Translations under genes and position numbers: made by a program | Part shown: piece after piece, positions 19,315 through 30,698 of the stretch | How positions within the stretch are numbered: the stretch's first letter is position 1 | Layout of the letters: each line of letters starts with the position of its first letter | Assembly (NCBI GenBank): GCA_001275005.1 | Contig: JWZX01003036.1 | Location: 1 to 38,576 of the forward strand | From: Chrysochromulina tobinii | Lineage: Eukaryota | Direction: 5' to 3' | DNA: 38,576 nucleotides | The notes under the pieces: model-generated | Told to the model about the DNA's origin: nothing | The model's database searches: none | The model's input: only the letters and a program-made list of their open reading frames with translations

Positions 19315-21069
19315 ATGAAAATGGTAGCTCTGGTGACTCGCGCTGGACTCATTGCGGCTTTGTTGCACATTACCAACGCAGTGCCGGCAGCGCAACTGCC
19401 GACGGCTTTGTTGCACAACAGCGCAACTGCCGACATTCGTGACGCTTTCCTCGATGGAGGCTTTGCCGATGATTGGGAGGCTTTGCCGGAGGAGCTCAAG
19501 CCACACCCGGGAGATGAGTTTACTGGCACCGGTTGGGGCACTTTGACGTGCACAACATCAGGATGCGACGAGGTCACCTCGATCCCCGGCTGGAGCGGCG
19601 CGCTGCCCTCGAAGCACTACAGTGGCTACCTACCCGTCGCCAACAGCACTCGCATGCTCCACTACTATTTGCAGGAGGCGGACGCATCTCCTCTTGACAA
19701 GCCACTCGTGTTATGGCTCAACGGCGGGCCGGGGGCCTCCTCGCTCATTGGCGCCTTCACAGAGATGGGGCAGCTGATCTTCAATCGGGACAGCGCGGCC
19801 GAGAGCCCGCCGAAGCTGTTTCGCAATCCCTTCGCGTGGACCACATTGGCCAACATGCTGTATCTCGAGGTGCCCGCCGGCGTGGGCTTCAGCTACTGCG
19901 TCGACCCAGCCGACCCTTGCCATAACAGTGACACGAGTACTGCGGAGCAGAACCACGAGGCGCTGCTCGGCTTCCTGGAGCGCTTCCCCGAGTACAAATC
20001 CCGGCCTTTCTACCTCACCGGCGAGTCGTACGCGGGCATCTACCTACCCACGCTCATGGAACTCATCCTGAAGCGTGGCGCCATCACCAACGTGCGTGGC
20101 CTCGCGATCGGCAACGGCTGCTGGGGCACGCAGGCAGGGACCAATTGCGGCGACGTGACCGGCCAACCGGGGACCACGTGGAAGATTGACGCCGAATACT
20201 TTGCGGGGCGCGGGCTCATCTCTCCCGCGCTCAAGGAGGCCGCCGACGCCGCGTGCGGTGAGTGGATCGACCCGTTGACGCCCACGTGCAAGGAGGCATA
20301 TGATGCCATCTCCGAGGCCCTCGGCGAGTTCAACATCGACAACGTGGATGACTTCTGCGCCAAAACAAACCCCGTCACACTCAAGTCCTTCCGTGCCCTC
20401 GGCGGCCGCTTCGCTCGGTTCACAGCTCGGTTCACAGCCGCTCTACCTGCCGACGGCAGCGCAGACCTGCCCGCGGCCGCTCGTACCACCAGCGGCGATG
20501 CGGCCGCCATCGAGTTTGGTTCGCCCGATAGCTGGTCGGCGGAGGGCGGCGACGAGGCGGATCCCCCAGTCGGTGAGGTTCAGATGTGGTGCGGCGCCGA
20601 GGCCGCGCTGCGTACTTGGCGTTTGCTTCCGGAGGTAGCGGTTGCGATGCATGTCACTTTGGAGCGCAACATTACCTCCATATATGGCCTGCAACGTGGA
20701 TTTCGTTACACCATCGAGCCGCTCGACCTCTCGCCGCTCTACCGTCAGCTGGCCGACACAGCCGGCCTGGGCTTCCTCATCTACAACGGGCAAAGCGACG
20801 CCAACGTGCCGTACAATGGGCAGGTGCAGTACTGGGCGAAGAACTACACGGTCCTCGAGGAGTACAAGCCGTGGTACAAGGACCGCCAACTTTCCCAAGC
20901 AGTCGCGGCAGGCCATGTTCGAGGCCATGTACGCACCTACGCGACGCAAACCGCGGGGAAGACATTCCAGTTTGTCACCATCGGCGGCGCGGGGCACGAG
21001 GTGCCGACCTACCGCCCGAGCGCCGCACTCACGATGCTGCAGAAATTCGTGCTCGAGAAAATGAGATAA
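19315..21069 (+). CDS. Secreted serine carboxypeptidase (peptidase family S10)
   Basis: Signal peptide after ATG 19315. Motifs HYSGYL, LWLNGGPGASS, PAGVGFSY, GESYAG (Ser), NGQSDANVP (Asp) and GAGHEVP (His). Confidence 0.93.
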   Translation: MKMVALVTRAGLIAALLHITNAVPAAQLPTALLHNSATADIRDAFLDGGFADDWEALPEELKPHPGDEFTGTGWGTLTCTTSGCDEVTSIPGWSGALPSKHYSGYLPVANSTRMLHYYLQEADASPLDKPLVLWLNGGPGASSLIGAFTEMGQLIFNRDSAAESPPKLFRNPFAWTTLANMLYLEVPAGVGFSYCVDPADPCHNSDTSTAEQNHEALLGFLERFPEYKSRPFYLTGESYAGIYLPTLMELILKRGAITNVRGLAIGNGCWGTQAGTNCGDVTGQPGTTWKIDAEYFAGRGLISPALKEAADAACGEWIDPLTPTCKEAYDAISEALGEFNIDNVDDFCAKTNPVTLKSFRALGGRFARFTARFTAALPADGSADLPAAARTTSGDAAAIEFGSPDSWSAEGGDEADPPVGEVQMWCGAEAALRTWRLLPEVAVAMHVTLERNITSIYGLQRGFRYTIEPLDLSPLYRQLADTAGLGFLIYNGQSDANVPYNGQVQYWAKNYTVLEEYKPWYKDRQLSQAVAAGHVRGHVRTYATQTAGKTFQFVTIGGAGHEVPTYRPSAALTMLQKFVLEKMR

Positions 21070-21252
21070 GTGAGAAAAAGCATCGATCCCACTGTCAGCC
21101 TTTCATGTGTGTGTTTTTGATCAGGTCGTCCCTTTTTCTCAGCATGCAAGAGTTGCCTCAAACACCCTTTTTCGTCTTATTGCCTAAAACGGATCTCTTT
21201 TGTTTTTCAGAGGGAGGCCTTGTGAGGCCTCTCTTCGTCCTCAGCGTGCGGC

Positions 21253-24200
21253 ATGAACCGCTTCGTATGCTTCTCGTGCTTGGTGTCAATCTATGCGTTG
21301 CCGCGTCAGCAGAGTGCGGTCTCCCTTCAGAAGGAGGTGGAGACTCAGGGCAAACTTTACCACAACCCGCCGCTGCTGCCGGAGAAGGAGCGTCGACGCG
21401 TGCATCACCTCCTTGAACGCGGAGAGCACGCAGTCGGTGCTCTACCGCCGCGAGAGATTGCGGCGAGCAGCGACTCTGTGCTGAATCCTTATACTATATC
21501 TTACGGAGCTATATCTTATCCTGACCGCTTCAACAAGGAGCCGAGCCATGCCTTGCCCGTGTCGAGCAATGCGTTGCCCGCCCATCAAGCTGCTGCGATC
21601 AGGATCATCCTGGACCGTGACCTGAAACAGGCTTCCGCGATCAGGGAACTCCTGGGCAGTGCAGATGGCTTGCAGCCCGAGGAGGGTGAGACTATCGGGT
21701 ATGGCCAACGCGACCTCGCAGCAACTCCCGAAGACAGCGCCATCGCACCGTGCACACCGGGGGAGGACGTCGAGGACGTGCCGTGTGCCCTATGGGCCAC
21801 TCAGGGCGAGTGCGAACATATTCCTGTGTTCATGCACTCAAACTGCGCAGCGTCGTGCCCCTGTCCAACGCCCACGTCCAACACCGGCTTCAGCCAGCTA
21901 GCAGGAAAGCTCCAAGTGTGCAAGCCGTGGTGCCCGGCGCACACAGCCCGATTGGATGTCAAGTGCGCCTTCCCCCAGTGCAACGGGTGTGCAGGGTGCG
22001 ACGCGAGCGACCCAAGCAACTTCCACGCACCGACCGCGGTCATCAAGGATGCGCCGATCATCAAGCCCATCCCGGCATGCAAGCCGTGGTGCCCGGCCCA
22101 CACAGCTCGATTGGGTGTCAAGTGCGCCTTTCCACAGTGCAGCACGTGTGCAGAGTGCGACGCGCTCAACACACCGGCAGCCAAGTTCCCAATCTTGCCC
22201 TTCAACGCTTCGGGAGACGACGAAGTGGGCTTGGTCGATGTAGGCTCGGGAGACTTCAACAACGCGGTCGACGAGCCCATCACACTAGCCTCGCCGGACT
22301 CGATAGGCGGCAGTTGCAAGCCGTGGTGCCCGGCGCACACAGCCCGAATGGAGGTCAAGTGCGCCTTTCCCCAGTGCAACGGGTGTGCAGGGTGCGACGC
22401 GCTCAACCTCAACACACCGACGAAGGTCGATGAGCCCATCCCAACTGCTGTTCTCGAGACAGACACATGCAAGTCGTGGTGCGCCGAGCACACCGCGGCC
22501 CTGGAGGTCAAGTGCACCTATGTCCCGTGCAGCACGTGTGCAGAATGCGGAGCGACGGAAGAAAGGGGTACCAAGCCGACGACTTCTTTTTTCGTCGAGA
22601 CAGACACATGCAAGTCGTGGTGCGCGGAGCACACAGCGGCCCTGGAAGTCAAGTGCACCTATGTCCCGTGCAGCGGATGTGCAGAATGCGCGGCGACGAC
22701 CTCCCCCCAGCCGACCTCCCCCCAGCCGACCTCCCCCCAGCCGACCGCTTCGGCACTCTCGCCGCCCCCTTCGCCATCGCCTCCACCGCCACCGCCACCA
22801 CCGTCGCCACCACCTTCACCATCACCACCTCCACCACCACCCTCGCAGCTGCCTTCACCTCCTCCGCCGTCGCCGCCAACGCCACCAATGACGGAGGAGG
22901 AGACGCAGCTAGCAGCGCCGGCGGAGAAGGTGGCGCAGCCAGCCGAGGACAAGGCGGCCCTCGAGAAGCTTGTGGCCGAAAAGATGGCTGAGCTTCAGAA
23001 AGCCAAACTCGCTCTGGAAGAGAAAGAGAGACTCGCTCTGCAGGAGAAGGAGCGCCTCGCTCTGCCGTCGCCGTCGCCGTCGCCGCTAGCACCATCGCCG
23101 CAGCCGCCGTCACCGCCACCATCGCCGCCGCCGTCGCCGCCACCATCGCCGTCGCCGCCGCCGTCGTGGTCGCCAGAAGTGCAGCCCGATTTCTCACCAC
23201 CACCTCAGGTTCAGCCCGAATTCTCACCACCACCTCAGGAGCAGCTCGACGTTATTGCTGAGCCCTCGAACCTTAGTGCTGAGCCCACGAAGGCGCAGGT
23301 GCTCGTGATCGTTTCGGACCACGGGAGCGGCACGTCGGACTTGGGGGTGGCCCTCAATACGCACCCGTGCATGCATGACCTGATGGAGCCGTTTGGCGAC
23401 GCTCTCGCCCTTTGGTCGTCGAGCAAGCTCGCGAAGGCAACCTGTGGCGAGTCGCGAACGGTCAAGAACGCTCTCTTCGACGCTGACTCGCATCAGCTCG
23501 TCAATGCGGTCAACGCGAAGCTGTCGGGCACGATCGATCGCGTGCTCACGCACTTTAACAAGAAAACCACCACAGCGGATTACTCGGTGCTGTACGAGGG
23601 CCTCGACTACAACCTCGCCGAGTACTTTGTGCGCGTGCGCGACCTCGTGTGTTCTCACATCCCCGCGACGGAGTGCCCGCGTGAAGACTGCGCGATCGTA
23701 CTCAAGTTCTTCCCGGCGTACGTCGACGTGAGTACCGAAGGACAGAAGACTCGGACCGACCTGCCGGATAAGTGCTCCGCGGCCAAGAAAGAGAAGAGCA
23801 TGGGCGCGTGGGCGGACACGCTCGAGTCGCTCCAGAGAAACCCCAAGGTCGCGACGCTGCAGTACAACCGCAATGAGCTCGATCGCCAATTCTCCAACTT
23901 CCACCGCTTCAGCCCGATCGGCACACGGTTCGACTGCACGATCCAACGCTCACCCAGCGAGTACGCGATCGCGGCACGGGATCACACGGACCTCCAGATC
24001 GGGGTCGAAAGCTGCTGGAAGGATGCCGAAGGTGCCGACAAGTGCCTCGGCGATGCCCTCAAGCTCGTCGGCCTCACCCCGCGAGCCATGATGGGCAAAG
24101 GCACGGAGGTGATGATGAGCGAGCTGAACGCGAGAGCCGAGAAAGGAAAGGTCGCCAGCCAGACCTGCTCCACCAACCAGACCGCCACGTTTACACGGTT

Positions 24201-25363
24201 CGCGTCCGGCGTCCAGATCACGGCAGTGTCGCCCTTGTACATGTACAACGCGCAGCAGGATGTCTTGCCGCAACAAGGCTACCCGCCACCTCCGACACCG
24301 CCTTCACCGCCATCATCGCTGCCTGCTCCATCACCACCCCTCTCGCCATCGCCGGCATCGTCACTGAGCTGGAACGATGCTATCCGCGACTGGAGGCTAG
24401 CTGACAAGGTCATGAAGCTTCCCGCCAACAACCGGGGCATCCCAGACAACGTGAGCGAGAACGACAAGGAATGGCAAGCCAGCATCCCTACTCTCGACAG
24501 GACGATGGCACCACCGTCGCAGCAGGGAGGCAAGCCAGAGCAGGGAGGCATGCCAGAGCAGGGAGGCAAGCCAGAGCAGGGAGGCATGCCAGAGCAGGGA
24601 GGCAAGCCAGAGAAGGGAGGCATGCCAGAGCAGGGAGGCATGCCAGAGAAGGGAGGCATGCCAGAGCAGGGAGGCAAGCCAGAGCAAGGAGGCAAGCCAG
24701 AGCAGGGAGGCATGCCAGAGCAAGGCTACCCGACACAGCAGCAGCAGCAGCAGGAGGGCCACTTGCCACAGGAGGGAGGCACGCCGCCGCAGCAGGGTGT
24801 GCCCCCCGCCGCAGCAGGATGTGCCCCCGCCGCAGCGCGACGTGCCCCCGCCGCAGCAGGACGTGCCCCCGCCGCAGCAGCAGGCCCACCCGCCACAGAA
24901 TTCGCCTGACCCGACCGAGGTCAACTCACCGGCCACGGTCGACGAGCCACCGGCCAGGGCCGATGAGCCGCCCGCCGAGGATACCCCGAGGGCAGAGTCA
25001 TGCGAAGACACGAAGGACGTGCCGTGCGCTTCGTTGGCCGCTATTGGCGAGTGCCAACGCATCCCAGTGTTTATGCACTCGACGTGCGCCTTGTCGTGCG
25101 GCTGCCCCGCGCCTGCTTCCTCCGAGGAGCTCCTACGGCGCGAAAGGGCCGACCAGGCTATTCTGGACCAAGCCAGGCTGAGTCGGCTCTGGGAGGAGGA
25201 TCCACCCTTGGCTCGGGGGCATTCGTCCTCAGCGGGACGGAGGCGTCCAGAGGACGTCGCGGTGGTGTCGGCCGAGGCATTAGCAGGGCTTGCCCCTTCC
25301 GAGCGTCGAAGGATAAGTCGGCTGTGGAAGCAAACGGGTGCGCTTTCGGCGCTTGTGCCATAG
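21253..25363 (+). CDS. Secreted mosaic protein: ShK-like domain, five 6-Cys repeats, Pro-rich linkers, sulfotransferase-like domain, PEQGG repeats, and a second ShK-like domain after an apparent frameshift at 24802-24807
   Basis: ORF 21253-24909 plus overlapping ORF to 25363. ShK-like CALWATQGECEHIPVFMHSNCAASC and CASLAAIGECQRIPVFMHSTCALSC. HGSGTSDL...LNTHPC...EPF resembles a sulfotransferase PAPS-binding loop. Confidence 0.75.
24521..24726 (+). repeat. 18-bp coding minisatellite, about 11 copies, encoding PE(Q/K)GG(K/M)
   Basis: CCAGAGCAGGGAGGCAWG units visible in the sequence. Confidence 0.95.
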
Positions 25364-25948
25364 GCGGCCGAAGCACTCGCCGCCACCGGTACGTACTGGT
25401 ACTGGCGAGCCTTATGGCAATGTGGTCTCCACACCAGACTATGCTCCGCGCTGTGGTGGGCGGCGCTATGGTGGGCGGCCATCGTGAGGCGCGCGCGCGC
25501 GCTCGGGCACAGGTGCCTCCATCGAGAGCGAGGTCCCTGGTGCTTGTGTTCCTAACGTTCCTGACCTTCGTTGGAGGCGAGGAGTGTAGCGCCATGAGGC
25601 GTGAGTGCGATGCGGGGAGAGTTCGTTTCCCTTTCCATGTGGGCTCGTGCGTCGCGGTGGCGGTGCGAGCAACGCCTGACGCGGGCGCTGTGACGGTGCG
25701 GGAGCGGGGCCGGGGGCTTGGCATGCGAATCGTTTTGCGTTGTGTGGGATTGGTCACGGGGAAGTTGGGGTGTCCGCGAAAAGAAAGACACAAACACCGA
25801 TTAACTAATGTCCGAACCAGCGTCGAATCGTGATCGTTCACCGACCGTTCGTTTGCATATGCACATGCAAAAATCGCCCAAAATCGGAAAGAAGGACATC
25901 TTGGGGAGGCTCACGCGCTTCTGGAGAGCTGCGCAGCGCAGCTGCGCA

Positions 25949-27976
25949 ATGGTTTTCACCAACGCATTTTTGGTGACTATATTTGCCTTACCGCGTCACA
26001 GGAGTGTAAACTCCCTCGACATGGCTGACGACAAATTTCCTGTCAAGACGATCGTTTTGATGGCGCTCGAGCACGCAGTGGTGGAGACTGAGGCCAAGTC
26101 CCCGCCGCTTCGCCGTCACCCGCCAATGCTGCCGGAGAAGGAGCGCCGACGCGTGCATCGCCTCCTTGAGCGCGGAGTTCACGGAGTCGGTGCGGAGCTG
26201 AGTCCTCATGATCCTGTCCGCTTCAGCGACGAGCCGAATCATACCTTGCACGCCGATCAAGTTGCCGCGATCAGGAATCTCCTGGACAGTGCAGGTGACA
26301 TGCCGCCTGAGGTGCCTCAGCCTATTGGATATGAGATTAGGCGTCCCAATTCAACGAATTCAACTCCCGACACCGCACCGTGCATACCGGGGGAAGACAT
26401 CGCGGGCGTACCGTGTGCCCTATGGGCCACTCAGGGCGAGTGCGAACATATTCCTGTGTTTATGCGCTCAAACTGCGCAGCGTCGTGCCCCTGCCCAACG
26501 TCAACCTCTGTTCCCGGCTCCAGCCAGCTCTCAAACAAGGTGCCAATATGCAAGCCGTGGTGCCCGGCGCACACAGCCCGATTGGATGTCAAGTGCGCCT
26601 TTCCACAGTGCAGCACGTGTGCAGAGTGCGACGCGCTCAACCTCAACGCACCGGCCGCGGTCGACGGGCCCACCAAATTGACCTCGCCGGACTCGATAGG
26701 CGGCAGTTGCAAGCCGTGGTGCCCGGCGCACACAGCCCGAATCGAGGTCAAGTGCGCCTTTCCCGGGTGCAGCACGTGTGCAGGGTGCGACGCGCCCAAC
26801 CTCAACGCACCGATCGCGGACCATGAGCCGAAGCAAGTGAAGGACGATGAGCCCATCTCGACAGACGGTTGCATGGCGTGGTGCGCGGAGCACACAGCAG
26901 CATTGGAGACCAAATGCACCTTTGGACCGTGTAATCAGTGTGCCGGATGCGAGTCGCTCAGCGCGCTCGTCACAGCGCCGACCACGCCGACCTCGATAGA
27001 CGGGTGCATGGCGTGGTGTCCCGCGCACACGGCGGCCCTGGAGGTCAAGTGCACCTATGTCCCGTGCATGCAATGCGCAGTGTGCGAGTCGCTCGACATA
27101 CCGTCCACGGCCGATGCGCCGACCTCGATCTCGCCAATCTCGTCGACGTCGCCGACCTGGCGGAACATGATGGACGGATGCATGCCGTGGTGCACCTTTG
27201 AGGGCATGTGCAACTTCGCCGCATGCATGCAATGCGAAGCATGCGGCGGGCCGGCGCTCAGCCTCGACGCACCGACCGCGGACGAGGAGCCGACCTCGGG
27301 AGACAGTGCACCAGTCGAGCAGGATGCCGCCAAACTGGACCCAATGCTCCTCCCGACATTGCACAAGATCTTAGATCCTGGCACGACCTTGCACGAGACA
27401 TTAGGCGGGTGCGATCCCGCGTGGTGCTTCCCAGACGTTCAGTGGGGCAAGTGCACCATTCCGCAGTGCAAGCGATGCGCAGAATGCGAGCTGCCGCCCG
27501 CGCCGCCTTCTCAAATTCCGAGGCCTTCCACACTGCCATCCACACTACCATCCCCAGTCTCGTCACCGGTTTCGTCACTTGGGTGCGCTCCGTGGTGCGT
27601 GGCGCACACAGCGGCAATGGAGGTCAAGTGCAATTTCATCCCGTGCAAGCAATGTGCCGGATGCGAGTCACTCTACACGCCGTCCAAAGCTGATGAGCTG
27701 GCCTCGTCCGACCTGCCGACTCACCGGCTCTTCATCCCGGGTCACTGGCCATCACCTGTGCGGAAGCGCTACTCGGCCCGTGACGACAAGCGCTCCCACC
27801 TTGCGTCCGACCTGACGTCCGTGAGCACCGATGTGGGCTCTCTGCCCTTCATTCTCGCCATGGCTTCCTTTGCTCTTTGCGCCATCGCCTTCCTTTGCCC
27901 GTACCTGTGGCTGTGCTGCTGCGCTTCGCTTCGCCTGCGAACGACGAAGCTATCAGAAAGAGAGGGCTACGGCTAA
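25949..27976 (+). CDS. Type I membrane Cys-repeat protein (ShK-like domain, seven 6-Cys repeats, C-terminal TM); paralogue of the 21253 gene
   Basis: Signal-like MVFTNAFLVTIFALP. Shares LPEKERRRVHxLLERG, the ShK-like domain and CKPWCPAHTAR repeats with the upstream gene. Hydrophobic LPFILAMASFALCAIAFLCPYLWL near the C-terminus. Confidence 0.8.
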   Translation: MVFTNAFLVTIFALPRHRSVNSLDMADDKFPVKTIVLMALEHAVVETEAKSPPLRRHPPMLPEKERRRVHRLLERGVHGVGAELSPHDPVRFSDEPNHTLHADQVAAIRNLLDSAGDMPPEVPQPIGYEIRRPNSTNSTPDTAPCIPGEDIAGVPCALWATQGECEHIPVFMRSNCAASCPCPTSTSVPGSSQLSNKVPICKPWCPAHTARLDVKCAFPQCSTCAECDALNLNAPAAVDGPTKLTSPDSIGGSCKPWCPAHTARIEVKCAFPGCSTCAGCDAPNLNAPIADHEPKQVKDDEPISTDGCMAWCAEHTAALETKCTFGPCNQCAGCESLSALVTAPTTPTSIDGCMAWCPAHTAALEVKCTYVPCMQCAVCESLDIPSTADAPTSISPISSTSPTWRNMMDGCMPWCTFEGMCNFAACMQCEACGGPALSLDAPTADEEPTSGDSAPVEQDAAKLDPMLLPTLHKILDPGTTLHETLGGCDPAWCFPDVQWGKCTIPQCKRCAECELPPAPPSQIPRPSTLPSTLPSPVSSPVSSLGCAPWCVAHTAAMEVKCNFIPCKQCAGCESLYTPSKADELASSDLPTHRLFIPGHWPSPVRKRYSARDDKRSHLASDLTSVSTDVGSLPFILAMASFALCAIAFLCPYLWLCCCASLRLRTTKLSEREGYG

Positions 27977-29017
27977 ATCTCGGCTCGTTGGTAGCCCGAG
28001 AAAGAACGTACCATCGAAAGAACGTACCCAGCCATCGTAATTGTGTAACAGTCATTCAAATCAAAGTTGTTGTTTCGGCGGATCCTCCCTGTTGCTCGGG
28101 TAGCGACAAGCGAGCCTCGGCGCCGGTCGGCCGTCGCGGCCCGCGCCAAACGTAAGAAATATTCATTTTTCGAGCGGGCGCAGGGCACACATGCATATCC
28201 CACCGCGGAAAGCGCTCCACCGCGCACAGTTTTGACTCCAGCGCACGAAGAGAGTCCCAGACGCGTTCACACTTCACAGAGCCAATGCCTATAGCGGAAC
28301 CAGGGGATACAACTCGACACCCAAAGACACCGAGCTGGCGTACCCATGAATGCGCGAGACAAGGTGCGGACTTCCTCGGCACTTGTCTGTGAACGTAAAG
28401 CAAAAACCGCCTCATCGTACATCGAGCTTCTACCTGTGGCAATGACCTGAGGCTCCACGAACATGGCAAGTACATGACACATGAGTTATCGGGACGCGTG
28501 CTCGTGTGCTCTCATAGATGCCGCTGTGTGTAGCTTCGGGCGACACACTTGTAGCTTCGGGCCGTTCGACTTGCAAGCTCCGATTCGTCAGCGTCCCGAT
28601 CGATTGCTCGAAGCGCTCCGTCACTTTCGGTGCCCTCATGAGCCCAACGGCCGTGCACGCCTTCCGAATCCATGCGGTCGACTAGTAACCGCACTAGCCG
28701 GCGCCCCACAGGCACCGCGCAGTGTGAGACCGGAGCGCGTCAGGACCGTCTGTCCGTCTCTCGTCTGGTCGATCGTCTGGTCTCTCGTCTCAACACGGCC
28801 GCGGGGAAGGCCGCGGTTGGACGGCGGTTTTGGCAATTTGGGGGCCGTAGGAAGGCGCTCACGGACTGTGTTCCCTAGACCTACTTTTGCGCGCCTGCGT
28901 GTCTACATACCCTCGTGCGCACTCTAGAGCCCGCCTCGCGCATACCTGGTTTGATCTCATTTTAAAAGAGCGCTACCTCCAGAGGGCTATACCCATGCCC
29001 GGCCGGCGGAGTTGCAC

Positions 29018-29530
29018 CTACTGCAGGTCTGGCACGCCCCCCCGTCGCGCGGATTCGCGGGCCGCGGCTGTCGCCGCGATCAGACGATCAAACCTGCCCT
29101 GGAAGCGCGCCACCTTACTGTGCAGCACGTACGGCTGAGCCGGGAGCGGCACGAATTGCCTGGTTGGTGGCGGCGCTCGAAATGACACTGCGCCACCAAA
29201 GAAGGAGATGATTGCCCGTATCAGGCGCACCCATAAGGAGTAGATCCATCCGCAAAGGCCGCCGATGAGGACGAGGACGAGTTCCGGTTGCTGCAACAAC
29301 ACTGCGAGGCGCACGCAAACACATGACAAGCAGGTCACATGAGTGTCTCAATCAAACTTCGGCAGCGCGGCGCACGCACTGAGAAAGAATATACCGACGA
29401 ACTGGAACAGCACGGACGAGACTGTGGAGGTCACATAGCCGGACTCTGCTGGCGCTGGAGGTGGTGGACTCGGTGGTTCCATCATGGCGTTGGCTGCCGC
29501 CTCCATGGTTGCCCACTCCTTCTCCGCCAT
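29018..29530 (-). CDS. Small hypothetical membrane protein, about 144 aa; exons 29530-29380 and 29301-29018
   Basis: A GTGCGT...CTCGCAG intron (29379-29302) joins two short ORFs in frame into VGIFFL-M-LLQQPELVLVLIGGLCGWIYSLW, giving two hydrophobic segments. Confidence 0.5.
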
Positions 29531-30176
29531 GATTTCACGCCTCACTTTTCAGCATCGAGGACTATATGAATTCGCAACGACGCCGCCGGTGCGACGCGTA
29601 TGAGACACTGTGAAGTAGGATGGAGTGCGAAGATTCATGAGATCGACGCATTCTTTCTATCTCGGTATCCTATGACGGGACCGGGGTAGGACCGCCATGC
29701 CGGAGGCCAGTAACCTATGAGGCTGACTGAGGTGGGGAGCCGGAATCGGGGGGTCTAGAAGGGACCCGGATGGCTTCACGTGTCACCCATGGTCCTAGAA
29801 GCCACATAGGAGGCCTCGGAGGAGGTACGGCATGGTCCTGAATGGACAGACACGCGCTACGAGACTGTGGACCGGCGGAAGCCGGGAGAGTGGGGGTCGT
29901 CTCAGGGGGCTGAAACAGATCCCATCCGTCCAGGTGCGGGATGAGAGCGGAGACTAAGCTCGGTCCTGCAGAGGCGGGGATGCGGCTTCGAGGGAGCTCG
30001 GCGTTGGAGAGAGGGAGGACCGCGGGAGGCGGTTTGGACCCGGAGCCGAGCCAGAGAGGCTGACGACTCACAGAGGAGGCCCGTGGGGGCGAGAGAGGAG
30101 AGGAGGAGCCGCGGGAAGAGACCGGGGCGGAGAAGGAGGGAGGGCCGCGGGAAGAGACCTCCAGACTCGAGCGCGA

Positions 30177-30698
30177 GGATCGAGAGATCGAGAAATAGAG
30201 AGATCGAGATCGAGAGAGATCGAGAGAGATCGAGAGAGATCGAGAGAGATCGAGAGAGAGGAGAGGGAAGGAGGAGGAGGAGAGGTAGAGAAGGAGGAGG
30301 AGGTGAAGAGGTGACGGAAGGAGGAGGATGAGAGGTGACGGAGGGAGGAGGAGGAGAGTCGACGGTTGGAGGAGGATGAGAGGTGACGGAAGGAGGAGGT
30401 GGAGAAGAGGTGACGGAAGGAGAGGAGGAGAGTCGACGGAAGGAGGAGGATGAGAGGTGACGGAAGGAGGAGGTGGAGAGGTGATGGAAGGAGGAGGAGG
30501 AGAGGCGACGGACGGAGGAGGAGGAGAGGTGACGGAAGGAGGAGGAGGAGAGGTGATGGAAGGAGGAGGAGGAGAGGTGACGGAAGGAGGAGGAGGATAG
30601 GTGACGGAAGGAGGAGGTGGAGAGGTGATGGAAGGAGGAGGAGGAGAGGCGACGGACGGAGGAGGAGGAGAGGTGACGGAAGGAGGAGGTGGAGAGGT
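30177..30698 (+). repeat. Purine-rich satellite block: (GAGAGAGATC)n followed by about 27-bp GGAGAGGTGACGGAAGGAGGAGGAGGA-type units
   Basis: Tandem arrays with extreme G/A strand bias, visible in the sequence. Confidence 0.9.

Noticed and set aside
28000..29000. Overlapping short ORFs
   Set aside because: No recognisable protein features. Expected by chance in GC-rich DNA.
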